A DNA stretch of 64,000 nucleotides from Thermoanaerobaculia bacterium (GTDB lineage: Bacteria; Acidobacteriota; Thermoanaerobaculia; Multivoradales; Multivoraceae), in NCBI GenBank assembly GCA_022824725.1, contig JAJDZH010000383.1, positions 2,563-66,562 on the forward strand, read 5' to 3'. The position numbers were made by a program, and so were the translations under genes. The notes below the pieces were generated by a model that saw only the letters and a list, made by a program, of their open reading frames with translations, made no database searches and had not been told where the DNA came from. Shown here piece after piece: positions 51,294 through 59,819 of this stretch (the first letter of the stretch is position 1; every line of letters begins with the position of its first letter).

Positions 51294-53041
51294 CGGGTCG
51301 ATCTGTCGTGGAGGAGAGACCAATCGACACGGCGGAGTGGCTGGAGAAAGCGACGCCCGGAGCAGCCGGCGCGCTGGCGGATGCGGGCTACGGCCTGCTG
51401 TCGGCGCCGCTCGCCCGTAGAGGTGTCAGCACGCCCTCGGAAGCCGACGCGTTCCTGGCGCCCCATCGGCGGGGGCTCCACGATCCCTTCCTGCTGCACG
51501 GCATGGAGGAAGCGGTGGAACGGCTGCGGAGAGCCTGCCGGGACGGCGCAACGGTGGCCGTCGTCGGAGACTACGACGTGGACGGCGTGACCGCCTGCGC
51601 CCTCCTCACCGCGGTGTCGCGGGCGCTTGGTGCGAAGGTTGTTCCGATCCTGCCGAAGCGGCTCACGGAAGGCTACGGCTTCCAGGTCCTTCAGGTGGAG
51701 AAGGCGCACCGCGCCGGGGCTTCCCTGATCGTCACCGTGGACTGCGGAACCACTTCCGGCGGTGCCGTGCTGGCGGCGATCGAGCGCGGCATCGACGTGA
51801 TCGTGACCGACCACCACGTGGTCGGCGGCGACTTTCCCTCGCGGGCGATCCAGATCAATCCGCTCCAGGACGACTGCGACTATCCGTTCCGCCACCTCTG
51901 CGGGGCCGGACTCGCCTTCAAGCTGGCGCAGGGGGTGCTGCGGCGAAGCGGTCGGGCCGAGCCGCTGGCTGCTCTGCTGCGCGTCGCGTGCCTGGGGACG
52001 ATCGCCGACGTCGTTCCACTGGTGGGAGAGAACCGCGTGATCGCCGCACTTGGCCTTCGGGCCCTCTCGCAGGTGCGCTCTCCGGGACTGCGAGCGCTGA
52101 AACGCGTGGCGCGCATCCGGGGCTCCGTATCGTCGACCGAGGTCGCGTTCCGTCTTGGACCGCGGATCAACGCCGCCGGGCGACTCGCCGACGCCGAGCT
52201 CGCGCTTCGATTGCTCCTGACGACGGATTCGACGGAGGCGGATCGTCTCGCCGGCGAGCTCGATGCCCTGAATCGCAACCGTCAGGCGGAGGAGCGGCGG
52301 GTCGTCAAGCAGGCCGCCGAGTTCTTTGCTGCCCGTGACCCGCTACCAGGTGTTCTGATGGCCTGGAGCCCGGAATGGCACCGCGGCGTCGTGGGGATCG
52401 CGGCCGGGCGCCTTGCGCGGGATCTCCACCGCCCGGTGATCCTCCTCGGAGTGGACGGGGACACCGGCACCGGATCAGGCCGCAGCATCCCGGGCCTCGA
52501 TCTTCATTCCTTCGTGGCCGGTTTTCAGGATCGGACGATTCGTTTCGGCGGCCATCCGCAGGCGATCGGCCTTTCCGTGGCGGTTGCCGAGTTGCCGGAC
52601 CTCAGAAGCGCAATGGAAGGAGCCGCCGAGTGGCCGCCAGAGATCCTCGTACGCCGGCGCGAGTACGAACTGGAGCTTTCCGCCGGGCAGATCGGTTCGG
52701 AACTCTACGCGGAGTTGGCAAGGCTGGAGCCGCACGGGGAAGGGAACCGCCGGCCCCTGATCCGGATCGGTCCGCTCGAACGTGCCAGCCCGCTACGTGA
52801 GTTCGGTGAAGGCCACGTCAAGCTTCGCGTCCGGGCTGCCGGCGATGGGCGCTCGGAGAGAAGCCGCCCCGTCTGGCTCCTCGGATGGGGCTGGAAGGAG
52901 CGGGCGGCGAGTCTTGACGGTCGTTTCGAGGTTCTCGGCGCCCTGGAGTGGGATTCCTACCAGGGCGGTCCGGTAGTGAGAATCGAAGACGCCCGGCGGA
53001 TCGGAAGCCACGAGACGAGGGAACGTAGAATGTCGGCATGA
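51290..53041 (+). CDS. recJ: single-stranded-DNA-specific exonuclease RecJ
   Basis: The GTG at 51290 overlaps the priA TGA. DHH motifs (VVGDYDVDGVT, VTVDCG, DVIVTDHH) and a DHHA1 region (GGHPQAIG). Confidence 0.9.
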   Translation: MTGRSVVEERPIDTAEWLEKATPGAAGALADAGYGLLSAPLARRGVSTPSEADAFLAPHRRGLHDPFLLHGMEEAVERLRRACRDGATVAVVGDYDVDGVTACALLTAVSRALGAKVVPILPKRLTEGYGFQVLQVEKAHRAGASLIVTVDCGTTSGGAVLAAIERGIDVIVTDHHVVGGDFPSRAIQINPLQDDCDYPFRHLCGAGLAFKLAQGVLRRSGRAEPLAALLRVACLGTIADVVPLVGENRVIAALGLRALSQVRSPGLRALKRVARIRGSVSSTEVAFRLGPRINAAGRLADAELALRLLLTTDSTEADRLAGELDALNRNRQAEERRVVKQAAEFFAARDPLPGVLMAWSPEWHRGVVGIAAGRLARDLHRPVILLGVDGDTGTGSGRSIPGLDLHSFVAGFQDRTIRFGGHPQAIGLSVAVAELPDLRSAMEGAAEWPPEILVRRREYELELSAGQIGSELYAELARLEPHGEGNRRPLIRIGPLERASPLREFGEGHVKLRVRAAGDGRSERSRPVWLLGWGWKERAASLDGRFEVLGALEWDSYQGGPVVRIEDARRIGSHETRERRMSA

Positions 53042-55272
53042 CGCCGGACGCTCCTCACGAGCCGCAGGAGACAACTTCCTCGGAGGCGGCGTCCCCGGCG
53101 GAAGGGCCCGGCTCCGCCTACGGACCGAGACGCCGGCGCGCTTCGAACTTCGGCCGCCGCCGGCAACTCCGCAACCGCCTGCTGAGGGCCGCCCTGCTGC
53201 TGGCGCTGGTCTCCGGCGTCGGCGGCCTGACCGCGCTGTTCCTTCAGGGACGAGAGGAGCGTGCCGCAGCCAAAGCGGACGCTGGCGGCGAAGAAACCGT
53301 CGAAGTCACTGAAGAACCGGAAGCGGTCACCGAGACGGCCCAGCTCAGTGCGGAGGAGTTCGAGTCGACGCTCGAGCGCGAGGGAATCGAGGTGTTTCGC
53401 ATCCGCGGGGCACAGACGAGTTCGGACGACCAGGGGAACGTGAATCTCAGTCAGGTCGAGGTCGCCTATCCGCAGGGGGATGACCACTACTCCCTGCGCG
53501 CCGACGGCGCGACCTACAACGAGGAGACGAGCGCGACCCACCTTGAGGGTTCGGTCGCTCTCCAGGGAACCAACGGGCTGGCTGTCGATGCCGACTGGCT
53601 GGAGCTGGCGGCGGGCGGCATGGTCCTGACCGCCGCGGACGACAGCCGTTTCCGTTTCGAGGGTGTCACCGTTCAGGGCGACGGCCTTCGGATGAACTTC
53701 CGCGAGGAGATAGCCCGTATGGGCGGCGGCGTTCGTCTGGTCGGCGCGGAGGAGTCCGACAGTGGCGTCGAGGCCGACCCGTCCGCGTCGCTCTCCCTGG
53801 CCGCCGAGACCCTGGAGTATCGCTGGCGCGAGGGGATCGTACGGGCGCTCGGCGGAGCCGGGATGGAGATCGGGCGCTTCACGCTGGCGGCCCGCTCGCT
53901 GACCCTGCATGAGGGGAAGGCGGGTGGCCTGGCAGGGCTCGAGGCGCGTGGCGAGATCGAGGTGAGGGCTCCGCTCGAAGCCACGGAACCGGATCTCGAA
54001 GGCACTGGCCGTCTGGGCGGGGAATCCACCCTCGTTTTGCGTGGCGATGCCCTGGACGTCCGATTCGACGACGCCCAGGCTCCGAGCCGGATCGACCTGA
54101 GCGGTCCGAACTGGGGCGGACCCGCCGTTTTGCGGATCGACTATGGAGACGGATCGCAGCGCCGCGTTCGGGCAAGGTTCCTCCAGTTCAGCTTCCGGGA
54201 AGGCGTGCTGGCCGAGTTCTCGTCGCGGGGCAGGGTCGAGCTTCACGAACTCGTGCCGGACAGGGAACTTCCACTCCGACAGGCAACGAGCGTCGTTGCC
54301 GCCGGACGCTTCGACGAGGAAGGCGCCCTTGTCGAACTGACCCTTGGGGGCAATGTGGAACTGACCGATCGAAGCGAAACGACGGTGTTCGCCCGCGCCG
54401 ACGAGGCGACGATCGATCCCTCGACGCAACGCGTCGACTTTCGTGGCCAGCCCGCAAGGCTGGTTCTCTCCCACGGAGAGCTCGAAGGCAACAGGGTCCT
54501 CTTCGGCCAGGGGAACGGATGTGCCGAGGCGAGTGGAGGAGTGCGCCTCACGCTCGACGGCAGCGGCGACGCCGGCGCTGGCGCACTGCCGTTCGGCGGC
54601 GTGTCTCCGTCGGAAGGAGGGGCTTCCGATGGCGGCGCCTCGGTCATCACGGCCGGTGAGGCGCTGCTCTGCGAGGCGGGTGAGAGCCGGTTCCGCGACG
54701 GCGTGGAGGTGCGGCGCGGCCCCGACCTCCTCGCGGCGGCCCAGTTGCGCATCACGGAGGACCGCCGCCGGATGGTCGCGAACGGTGACGTCCGGACTGT
54801 CTGGCACTCCCAGCCGCTGGCACGGACCGCAACCGCCGGCCACACCGGGACGGAGAGCGTGACAGAGCGGTGGTCTATCTCCGCGGCGCGCATGAACTAC
54901 GACGAAGACGGGAGAGAGCTGCGTTACAGCGGAGGGGCCGCTGCTGTTCTGGGCGAGCAGAATCTGAAGTGCGACGAACTGACGATCGAAGCGATCCCCG
55001 GCGACCAGGACTCCGCAGGGGCGCGATCCGAGGCGCAGACGCTCTTCTGCCTCGGCAGCGCTCGGCTCGACGACCCCGGTTACGGTCGCTCCGTCGAGGC
55101 GAACCGTGCCGTCTACGCCTTTACCGAGCGGGTCATCCGGTTCTCCGGCAACGTCGTGTTCCGTGGCGGTACGGACGAGTTGCGGGGACCCGGCCTGAAC
55201 TACTGGATCGACGAGCGCCGCTACGAAATGAGGCCGTCCGGCAGTGCGGCTGCCGGAGCCGCCGGCCCGTGA
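53038..55272 (+). CDS. LptC/LptA (OstA)-like periplasmic LPS-transport protein, unusually long fused form
   Basis: 744 aa. Basic cytoplasmic N-terminus, one TM anchor ([22 protein letters not shown]), then several stretches with the OstA/LptA beta-jellyroll pattern (A..A.Y......V.F.GNV....G...L.G..L.Y). It sits directly upstream of lptB with a GTGA overlap. Confidence 0.65.
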   Translation: MTPDAPHEPQETTSSEAASPAEGPGSAYGPRRRRASNFGRRRQLRNRLLRAALLLALVSGVGGLTALFLQGREERAAAKADAGGEETVEVTEEPEAVTETAQLSAEEFESTLEREGIEVFRIRGAQTSSDDQGNVNLSQVEVAYPQGDDHYSLRADGATYNEETSATHLEGSVALQGTNGLAVDADWLELAAGGMVLTAADDSRFRFEGVTVQGDGLRMNFREEIARMGGGVRLVGAEESDSGVEADPSASLSLAAETLEYRWREGIVRALGGAGMEIGRFTLAARSLTLHEGKAGGLAGLEARGEIEVRAPLEATEPDLEGTGRLGGESTLVLRGDALDVRFDDAQAPSRIDLSGPNWGGPAVLRIDYGDGSQRRVRARFLQFSFREGVLAEFSSRGRVELHELVPDRELPLRQATSVVAAGRFDEEGALVELTLGGNVELTDRSETTVFARADEATIDPSTQRVDFRGQPARLVLSHGELEGNRVLFGQGNGCAEASGGVRLTLDGSGDAGAGALPFGGVSPSEGGASDGGASVITAGEALLCEAGESRFRDGVEVRRGPDLLAAAQLRITEDRRRMVANGDVRTVWHSQPLARTATAGHTGTESVTERWSISAARMNYDEDGRELRYSGGAAAVLGEQNLKCDELTIEAIPGDQDSAGARSEAQTLFCLGSARLDDPGYGRSVEANRAVYAFTERVIRFSGNVVFRGGTDELRGPGLNYWIDERRYEMRPSGSAAAGAAGP

Positions 55273-56012
55273 CGGAGCCGTCCGCATCCCGCCACCGCAT
55301 CCGCACCCAGGACGTGCGGAAGGTGTACCGGGGCAGGCCCGTCGTCCAGGACGTGTCGATCGAGGTCGCCCAGGGAGAGGTCGTCGGGTTGCTCGGACCC
55401 AACGGCGCCGGCAAGACGACGACCTTCTACATCGTCGTCGGACTGACTCGACCTGACCAGGGCCGGGTGTTCTTCGACGACACCGAGATCACCGACCTGC
55501 CCATGTACCTCCGGGCCCAGCAGGGCATCAGCTATCTCCCGCAGGAGCCATCCGTGTTCCGGCGACTGTCGGTCGAAGGCAACCTTCGCGCCGTGTTCGA
55601 GACCCTCGGTCTCCGCCGCGCCGAACAGCGGCGCCGGATGAACCAGTTGATCGCCGACTTCGATCTCGTCGCGGTGCGGCGCTCAAGGGGGAATCAGCTT
55701 TCCGGCGGCGAACGACGTCGCCTGGAGATCGCCCGCGCGCTGGCGATCGGCCCCAGCTTCATCCTTCTCGACGAGCCGTTCGCCGGAATCGATCCGATCG
55801 CCGTTCTCGACATCCAGGCGATCGTGCGTCAACTTCGGGACATGGGCATCGGGGTCCTGATCACCGATCACAACGTCCGCGAGACCCTCAGAATCACCGA
55901 CCGCGCCTACATCATCAACGACGGCAGGATCCTTCGCACCGGCACTCCGGCGGAGCTTTCGGAGGATGAAACGGTCCGCAAGATCTACCTCGGCGCCGAG
56001 TTCAGTCTCTGA
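55269..56012 (+). CDS. lptB: LPS export ABC transporter ATP-binding protein LptB
   Basis: [15 protein letters not shown] Walker [16 protein letters not shown] signature, [12 protein letters not shown] Walker B. It is in the conserved position before rpoN. Confidence 0.92.
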   Translation: MTEPSASRHRIRTQDVRKVYRGRPVVQDVSIEVAQGEVVGLLGPNGAGKTTTFYIVVGLTRPDQGRVFFDDTEITDLPMYLRAQQGISYLPQEPSVFRRLSVEGNLRAVFETLGLRRAEQRRRMNQLIADFDLVAVRRSRGNQLSGGERRRLEIARALAIGPSFILLDEPFAGIDPIAVLDIQAIVRQLRDMGIGVLITDHNVRETLRITDRAYIINDGRILRTGTPAELSEDETVRKIYLGAEFSL

Positions 56013-56048
56013 GGGCCGGGACCTGTCGCGGTGGTGATACCGTCGGGT

Positions 56049-56064
56049 TGGCATTACTCTTGCT
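56049..56064 (+). promoter_or_regulatory. sigma-54-like -24/-12 element in the lptB-rpoN spacer
   Basis: TGGCATTACTCTTGCT fits TGGCAC-N5-TTGCW. The GG and GC dinucleotides are correctly spaced. There is one mismatch in the -24 hexamer (and one more against the extended TGCACG form). Confidence 0.4.
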
Positions 56065-56187
56065 GGGATGGACGCGCCGGCACACAGTTGCGGCAGAGCG
56101 AAAGAACGACCCGCTCGTCGCAGCTCGACACGACCGATCCCCGGAAGACTCCACCGCCCCAGGGACCGCCCCATTCGGTAAGCGATC

Positions 56188-57750
56188 ATGGTGCTCCAAC
56201 AGAGGCTCTCGCTCAAGCTGGCCCAGCGGCTGGTGATGACGCCGTCCCTGCAGCAGGCGATCAAGTTGCTGCAGATGACGCGGCTGGAGCTCCAGGGCGT
56301 CCTCAACCAGGAAATGGTGGAGAACCCGATGCTCGAGGATGTCGCGGACCAGGAAGGTTCCGAAGACGCTGAGGAACAGGGCGCGGAAGAAGAGCCGTCC
56401 ATGCTGGACATCGATCTCGACGCCTACTTCAACGACTACCTGGGGTCCGAGTCGACCGCTCCGAACACCTTCGAGACGAGAGAGGCCGTTGGCTTCGAGA
56501 ACAGCATCAGCCGGGATCCGGACCTCTACGATCACCTGCTCTGGCAGTTGCGGTTCTCCGATGCGAAGCCGCCGCTACGGGACATCGCGGAACTGGTGAT
56601 CGGCAACCTGGATGCGGACGGGTTCCTCCGTGCCTCGATCGAGGAACTCCAGCTGCTCGGTGCCCGACCCACCGAGGTCGAGCGCTACCGGGCGGAGGTC
56701 GCGATTGCCCGGGAGATGGCCGAGGCCTTCTCGGCCAACCACTCCGGAAACGGAAACGCCGTCGCGGCACCGGGGGACGAAGGGACGGAAGCCGGACCGG
56801 ATCCCGTGCCGGTACCCGGATACCCGGCCGAGTACGTGAACCGCGCACTGGACCTGGTACGGACCTTCGATCCTCCGGGGATCGCCTGGGGCACGCTGCC
56901 CGAGTGCCTGCTGGCTCAACTCGAGGCCCGGGGCGAAACCGGGAGCCTGGCGTATCGCATCGTCGATGAGTGCTGGGAACTGCTGGCGCGGCGCCAGTTT
57001 CGCCTGATCGCGCGACGTCTCCGTACGCCGCTGCCGGCCCTCGAGAGGCCGGTGGAGGCGATCAAGGCCCTCGAGACCCGTCCGGGCCGGCTCTTCTCGC
57101 ACGAGCGCACCGAGTACGTCGAGCCGGACGTCGTCGCCGTGAAGACGGGAGGGGAGTGGGCGATCCAGTTGAACGACGACGGTCTGCCGAAGCTGCGCAT
57201 CAGCCGGGCGTACCGGACGATGCTGCAGCGCGTGCAGCGCGAGGAAGGCGAGGCCGAGGCCCGCGAGTTCCTGAAGGACAAGATGCGTTCCGCCATGTGG
57301 CTGATGAAGAGCCTGGATCAGCGGCAGAGAACGATCTACAAGGTGGCGGAGTCGATCCTGCGACAGCAGCGTGGTTTCTTCGATCACGGCATCGACGAAC
57401 TACGCCCCATGGTCCTGCGCGATGTCGCCGACGACATAGGAATGCACGAGTCGACGGTCAGTCGCGTCGTCTCGAACAAGTACATCCATACGCCGCGGGG
57501 TCTGTACCCGATGAAGTTCTTCTTCCACAGCGGCATCGACAGCGACCAGGGCAGGGAGATCTCCTCCTTGACGATCAAGCGGAAGCTCCGGCACATGATC
57601 GGCGACGAGGACGGCCGCAGACCGCTCTCCGACTCGGCCTTGACGCGACAACTCCAGCGGGAGGGGATTAACATCGCCCGGCGCACAGTCGCCAAGTACC
57701 GGGATGAACTTGGTATTCCGTCATCGAATGACCGCAAGCAGATTTTCTGA
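56188..57750 (+). CDS. rpoN: RNA polymerase sigma-54 factor
   Basis: The N-terminus MVLQQRLSLKLAQRLVMTPSLQQAIKLLQMTRLEL is region I. An acidic region II follows. The C-terminal RpoN box is ARRTVAKYR. Confidence 0.96.
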   Translation: MVLQQRLSLKLAQRLVMTPSLQQAIKLLQMTRLELQGVLNQEMVENPMLEDVADQEGSEDAEEQGAEEEPSMLDIDLDAYFNDYLGSESTAPNTFETREAVGFENSISRDPDLYDHLLWQLRFSDAKPPLRDIAELVIGNLDADGFLRASIEELQLLGARPTEVERYRAEVAIAREMAEAFSANHSGNGNAVAAPGDEGTEAGPDPVPVPGYPAEYVNRALDLVRTFDPPGIAWGTLPECLLAQLEARGETGSLAYRIVDECWELLARRQFRLIARRLRTPLPALERPVEAIKALETRPGRLFSHERTEYVEPDVVAVKTGGEWAIQLNDDGLPKLRISRAYRTMLQRVQREEGEAEAREFLKDKMRSAMWLMKSLDQRQRTIYKVAESILRQQRGFFDHGIDELRPMVLRDVADDIGMHESTVSRVVSNKYIHTPRGLYPMKFFFHSGIDSDQGREISSLTIKRKLRHMIGDEDGRRPLSDSALTRQLQREGINIARRTVAKYRDELGIPSSNDRKQIF

Positions 57751-57780
57751 GACGAGCTGAGAGGGAACCGCGGAGCGACG

Positions 57781-58236
57781 ATGGATCTTGCAAGCCTGGC
57801 GAAGCCGCAACTCATCTTCCCGGACTTCGAGGCCAAGAACCGGGACGGCGCCCTGCGCGTCCTGACCGAGCGCATCTGCCGGATACTCGGACTGGCGGAT
57901 CCGGACGTCGTCCTGGCGGCGCTGCGCGAGCGGGAAGAGTTGGGCTCCACCGCGCTCGGAGACGGCCTGGCCGTGCCCCACGGACGGATCCGCGGCCTGC
58001 GGGACATCGTGCTGGCGGTCGCGGTCTCGCGGCGGGGCGTGGACTATGGCGCCGAGGACGGCCGGCCGGTGCGGGTCTTCTTCGTCCTGCTCTCGCCTAA
58101 GGAGAGCGCCGGCCGCCATCTCAAGGCGCTTGCGGCCGTGTCGGAGTGGATGAACCGCGGCGGCCGGGAGCGCCTGCTCAAGGCGAGAAAGCCGCAAGAG
58201 ATCTACGAGCTGCTGTGCGCCAACGGGCGTGTCTGA
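57781..58236 (+). CDS. ptsN: PTS EIIA(Ntr)-type nitrogen regulatory protein
   Basis: EIIA-fructose/Ntr fold with the phosphorylatable His context GDGLAVPHGRI. It is in the conserved position after rpoN. Confidence 0.85.
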   Translation: MDLASLAKPQLIFPDFEAKNRDGALRVLTERICRILGLADPDVVLAALREREELGSTALGDGLAVPHGRIRGLRDIVLAVAVSRRGVDYGAEDGRPVRVFFVLLSPKESAGRHLKALAAVSEWMNRGGRERLLKARKPQEIYELLCANGRV

Positions 58237-59125
58237 GTTGCCGGTTCGCCTGTTCGTCATCACGGGGCTTTCCGGCTCGGGCAAGAGCACGGTGGCCCGC
58301 TGCTTCGAGGATCTGGGCTATCACTGCATCGACAACCTGCCGCTGCCCCTGCTGCGCCACCTGGTCCGGGAACCGGCAGCCGCCGCGCCCTCCTTCGATG
58401 CGATCGCCCTGGTCACCGACGTTCGCACGCCCGGTCTGGCCGAGGAACTGCCCCGACTCCTGGACGAGGCGGATCCGGCGGTAGTCGAACCGGTACTGCT
58501 GTTCCTCGACAGCTCCGACGGCGTCCTCGTCCGGCGCTACTCGGAGACTCGGCGGCGTCATCCCCTGACGACGGCGGGGGAGCGGGTCATCGACGGCATT
58601 CGCCGGGAGCGCCAGGAGCTCGCCGAGCTGCGGGGTAGAGCTTCCCGGGTTCTCGACACGACGGATTCGACCATTCACGAACTTCGAGCCCTCATCTACA
58701 ACGAGTTCGCCGCCAGCGACGCCGGCGGACTGACGGTCAACATCGTCAGTTTCGGCTTCAAGTTCGGCATTCCTTCAGGCGCCGACCTGATGTTCGACGT
58801 CCGATTCCTGCCGAATCCGTACTTCGTAGCGGAGTTGCGGGAGAAGCCCGGCACGGACGCGGAAGTCCAGCGCTTCCTGCATGGACACACGGCGTTCGGC
58901 GAACTCGTCGGTCGGCTCGAGGATCTCCTCGCCTACCTCCTGCCGAGGTTTCGCGACGAGAAGCGGAGCTACCTGACGGTCGGGATCGGCTGCACCGGCG
59001 GCCGGCACCGATCGGTAGCGGTCTCCGAAGCCGTGGCCGATCGTCTCGCGGCAGGTTCATGGCAGATCCGCCTGCAGCATCGCGACGTCGAGCGGCACCG
59101 GACAGCCGCCATCGCCGACCCATGA
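58229..59125 (+). CDS. rapZ: RNase adapter protein RapZ (YhbJ)
   Basis: VITGLSGSGKSTVARCFEDLGYHCIDNLP Walker A region and C-terminal GCTGGRHRSV. Confidence 0.92.
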   Translation: MSELPVRLFVITGLSGSGKSTVARCFEDLGYHCIDNLPLPLLRHLVREPAAAAPSFDAIALVTDVRTPGLAEELPRLLDEADPAVVEPVLLFLDSSDGVLVRRYSETRRRHPLTTAGERVIDGIRRERQELAELRGRASRVLDTTDSTIHELRALIYNEFAASDAGGLTVNIVSFGFKFGIPSGADLMFDVRFLPNPYFVAELREKPGTDAEVQRFLHGHTAFGELVGRLEDLLAYLLPRFRDEKRSYLTVGIGCTGGRHRSVAVSEAVADRLAAGSWQIRLQHRDVERHRTAAIADP

Positions 59126-59553
59126 CCGTCCCGGTCCTCATCGTTTCGCACGGCGACCTGGCCCGCGAGTTGCTCGCATCCGCGAAGGCGATTGCCGGCC
59201 AGCACTCGAGTGCCGGCAACGCGCCGATCCACGCCCTCTGCATCGACTGGCGCGCCGGCCGGAAGCAGGCGGCCAGCCTGATCGAAACCAGGATCCGTCA
59301 ACTCGGCCAGGAGTATGGTTCCGGCGTGCTGATCCTGACCGAGATGTATGGCGACACTCCCTGCAACAGCGCCCTGCGCGCCGCCGGAGTGGCCAGGGCC
59401 GCCGTGGTCACCGGCGTCAACCTGCCGATGGTGCTCAGCCTGTGCTGCGGTGCTCCCGATCTGGACCTTCCGGACCTCGCGGACTGGACCTGGAGCAACG
59501 GCCGCAAGAGCATTCAGCTGGCGGCGACCGGTCTGGCGCGGCCTGCCAGATGA
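59122..59553 (+). CDS. PTS EIIA component, mannose/sorbose family
   Basis: The ATG at 59122 overlaps the rapZ stop (ATGA). VLIVSHGDLA carries the active-site His context of EIIA-Man. Confidence 0.8.
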   Translation: MTVPVLIVSHGDLARELLASAKAIAGQHSSAGNAPIHALCIDWRAGRKQAASLIETRIRQLGQEYGSGVLILTEMYGDTPCNSALRAAGVARAAVVTGVNLPMVLSLCCGAPDLDLPDLADWTWSNGRKSIQLAATGLARPAR

Positions 59554-59819
59554 GAGAACGTGTCGTGGAGGTCGTCAACGAGCTGGGGCTTCATGCCCGG
59601 GCCGCGGCCAGGCTCGTGCATACCGCCAACCAGTTTCAGTCGAGCGTGGTGCTCCGTGCCAACGGCCGCGAGACCGAGGCGAAGAGCATTCTCGGCGTCC
59701 TGCTGCTCGGCGCGGGGCACGGCGCCAGGCTCACCGTCCGCTGCCGCGGCGAGGACGAGCAGGCCGCCATGGACGCCCTTTGCGATCTGATCCGGGCCCG
59801 CTTCGGGGAGGAGACTTGA
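59550..59819 (+). CDS. ptsH: phosphocarrier protein HPr/NPr
   Basis: ATG at 59550 (ATGA overlap). His-15 context NELGLHARAA and Ser-46 context KSILGV. Confidence 0.9.
   Translation: MRERVVEVVNELGLHARAAARLVHTANQFQSSVVLRANGRETEAKSILGVLLLGAGHGARLTVRCRGEDEQAAMDALCDLIRARFGEET

Noticed and set aside
57751-57780. Absence of hpf (ribosome hibernation factor) between rpoN and ptsN, considered as a possible deletion or pseudogene.
   Set aside because: The gap is only 30 nt with no remnant ORF. The gene order rpoN-ptsN without hpf occurs naturally in some lineages. It is noted under the PTS finding rather than as a lesion.
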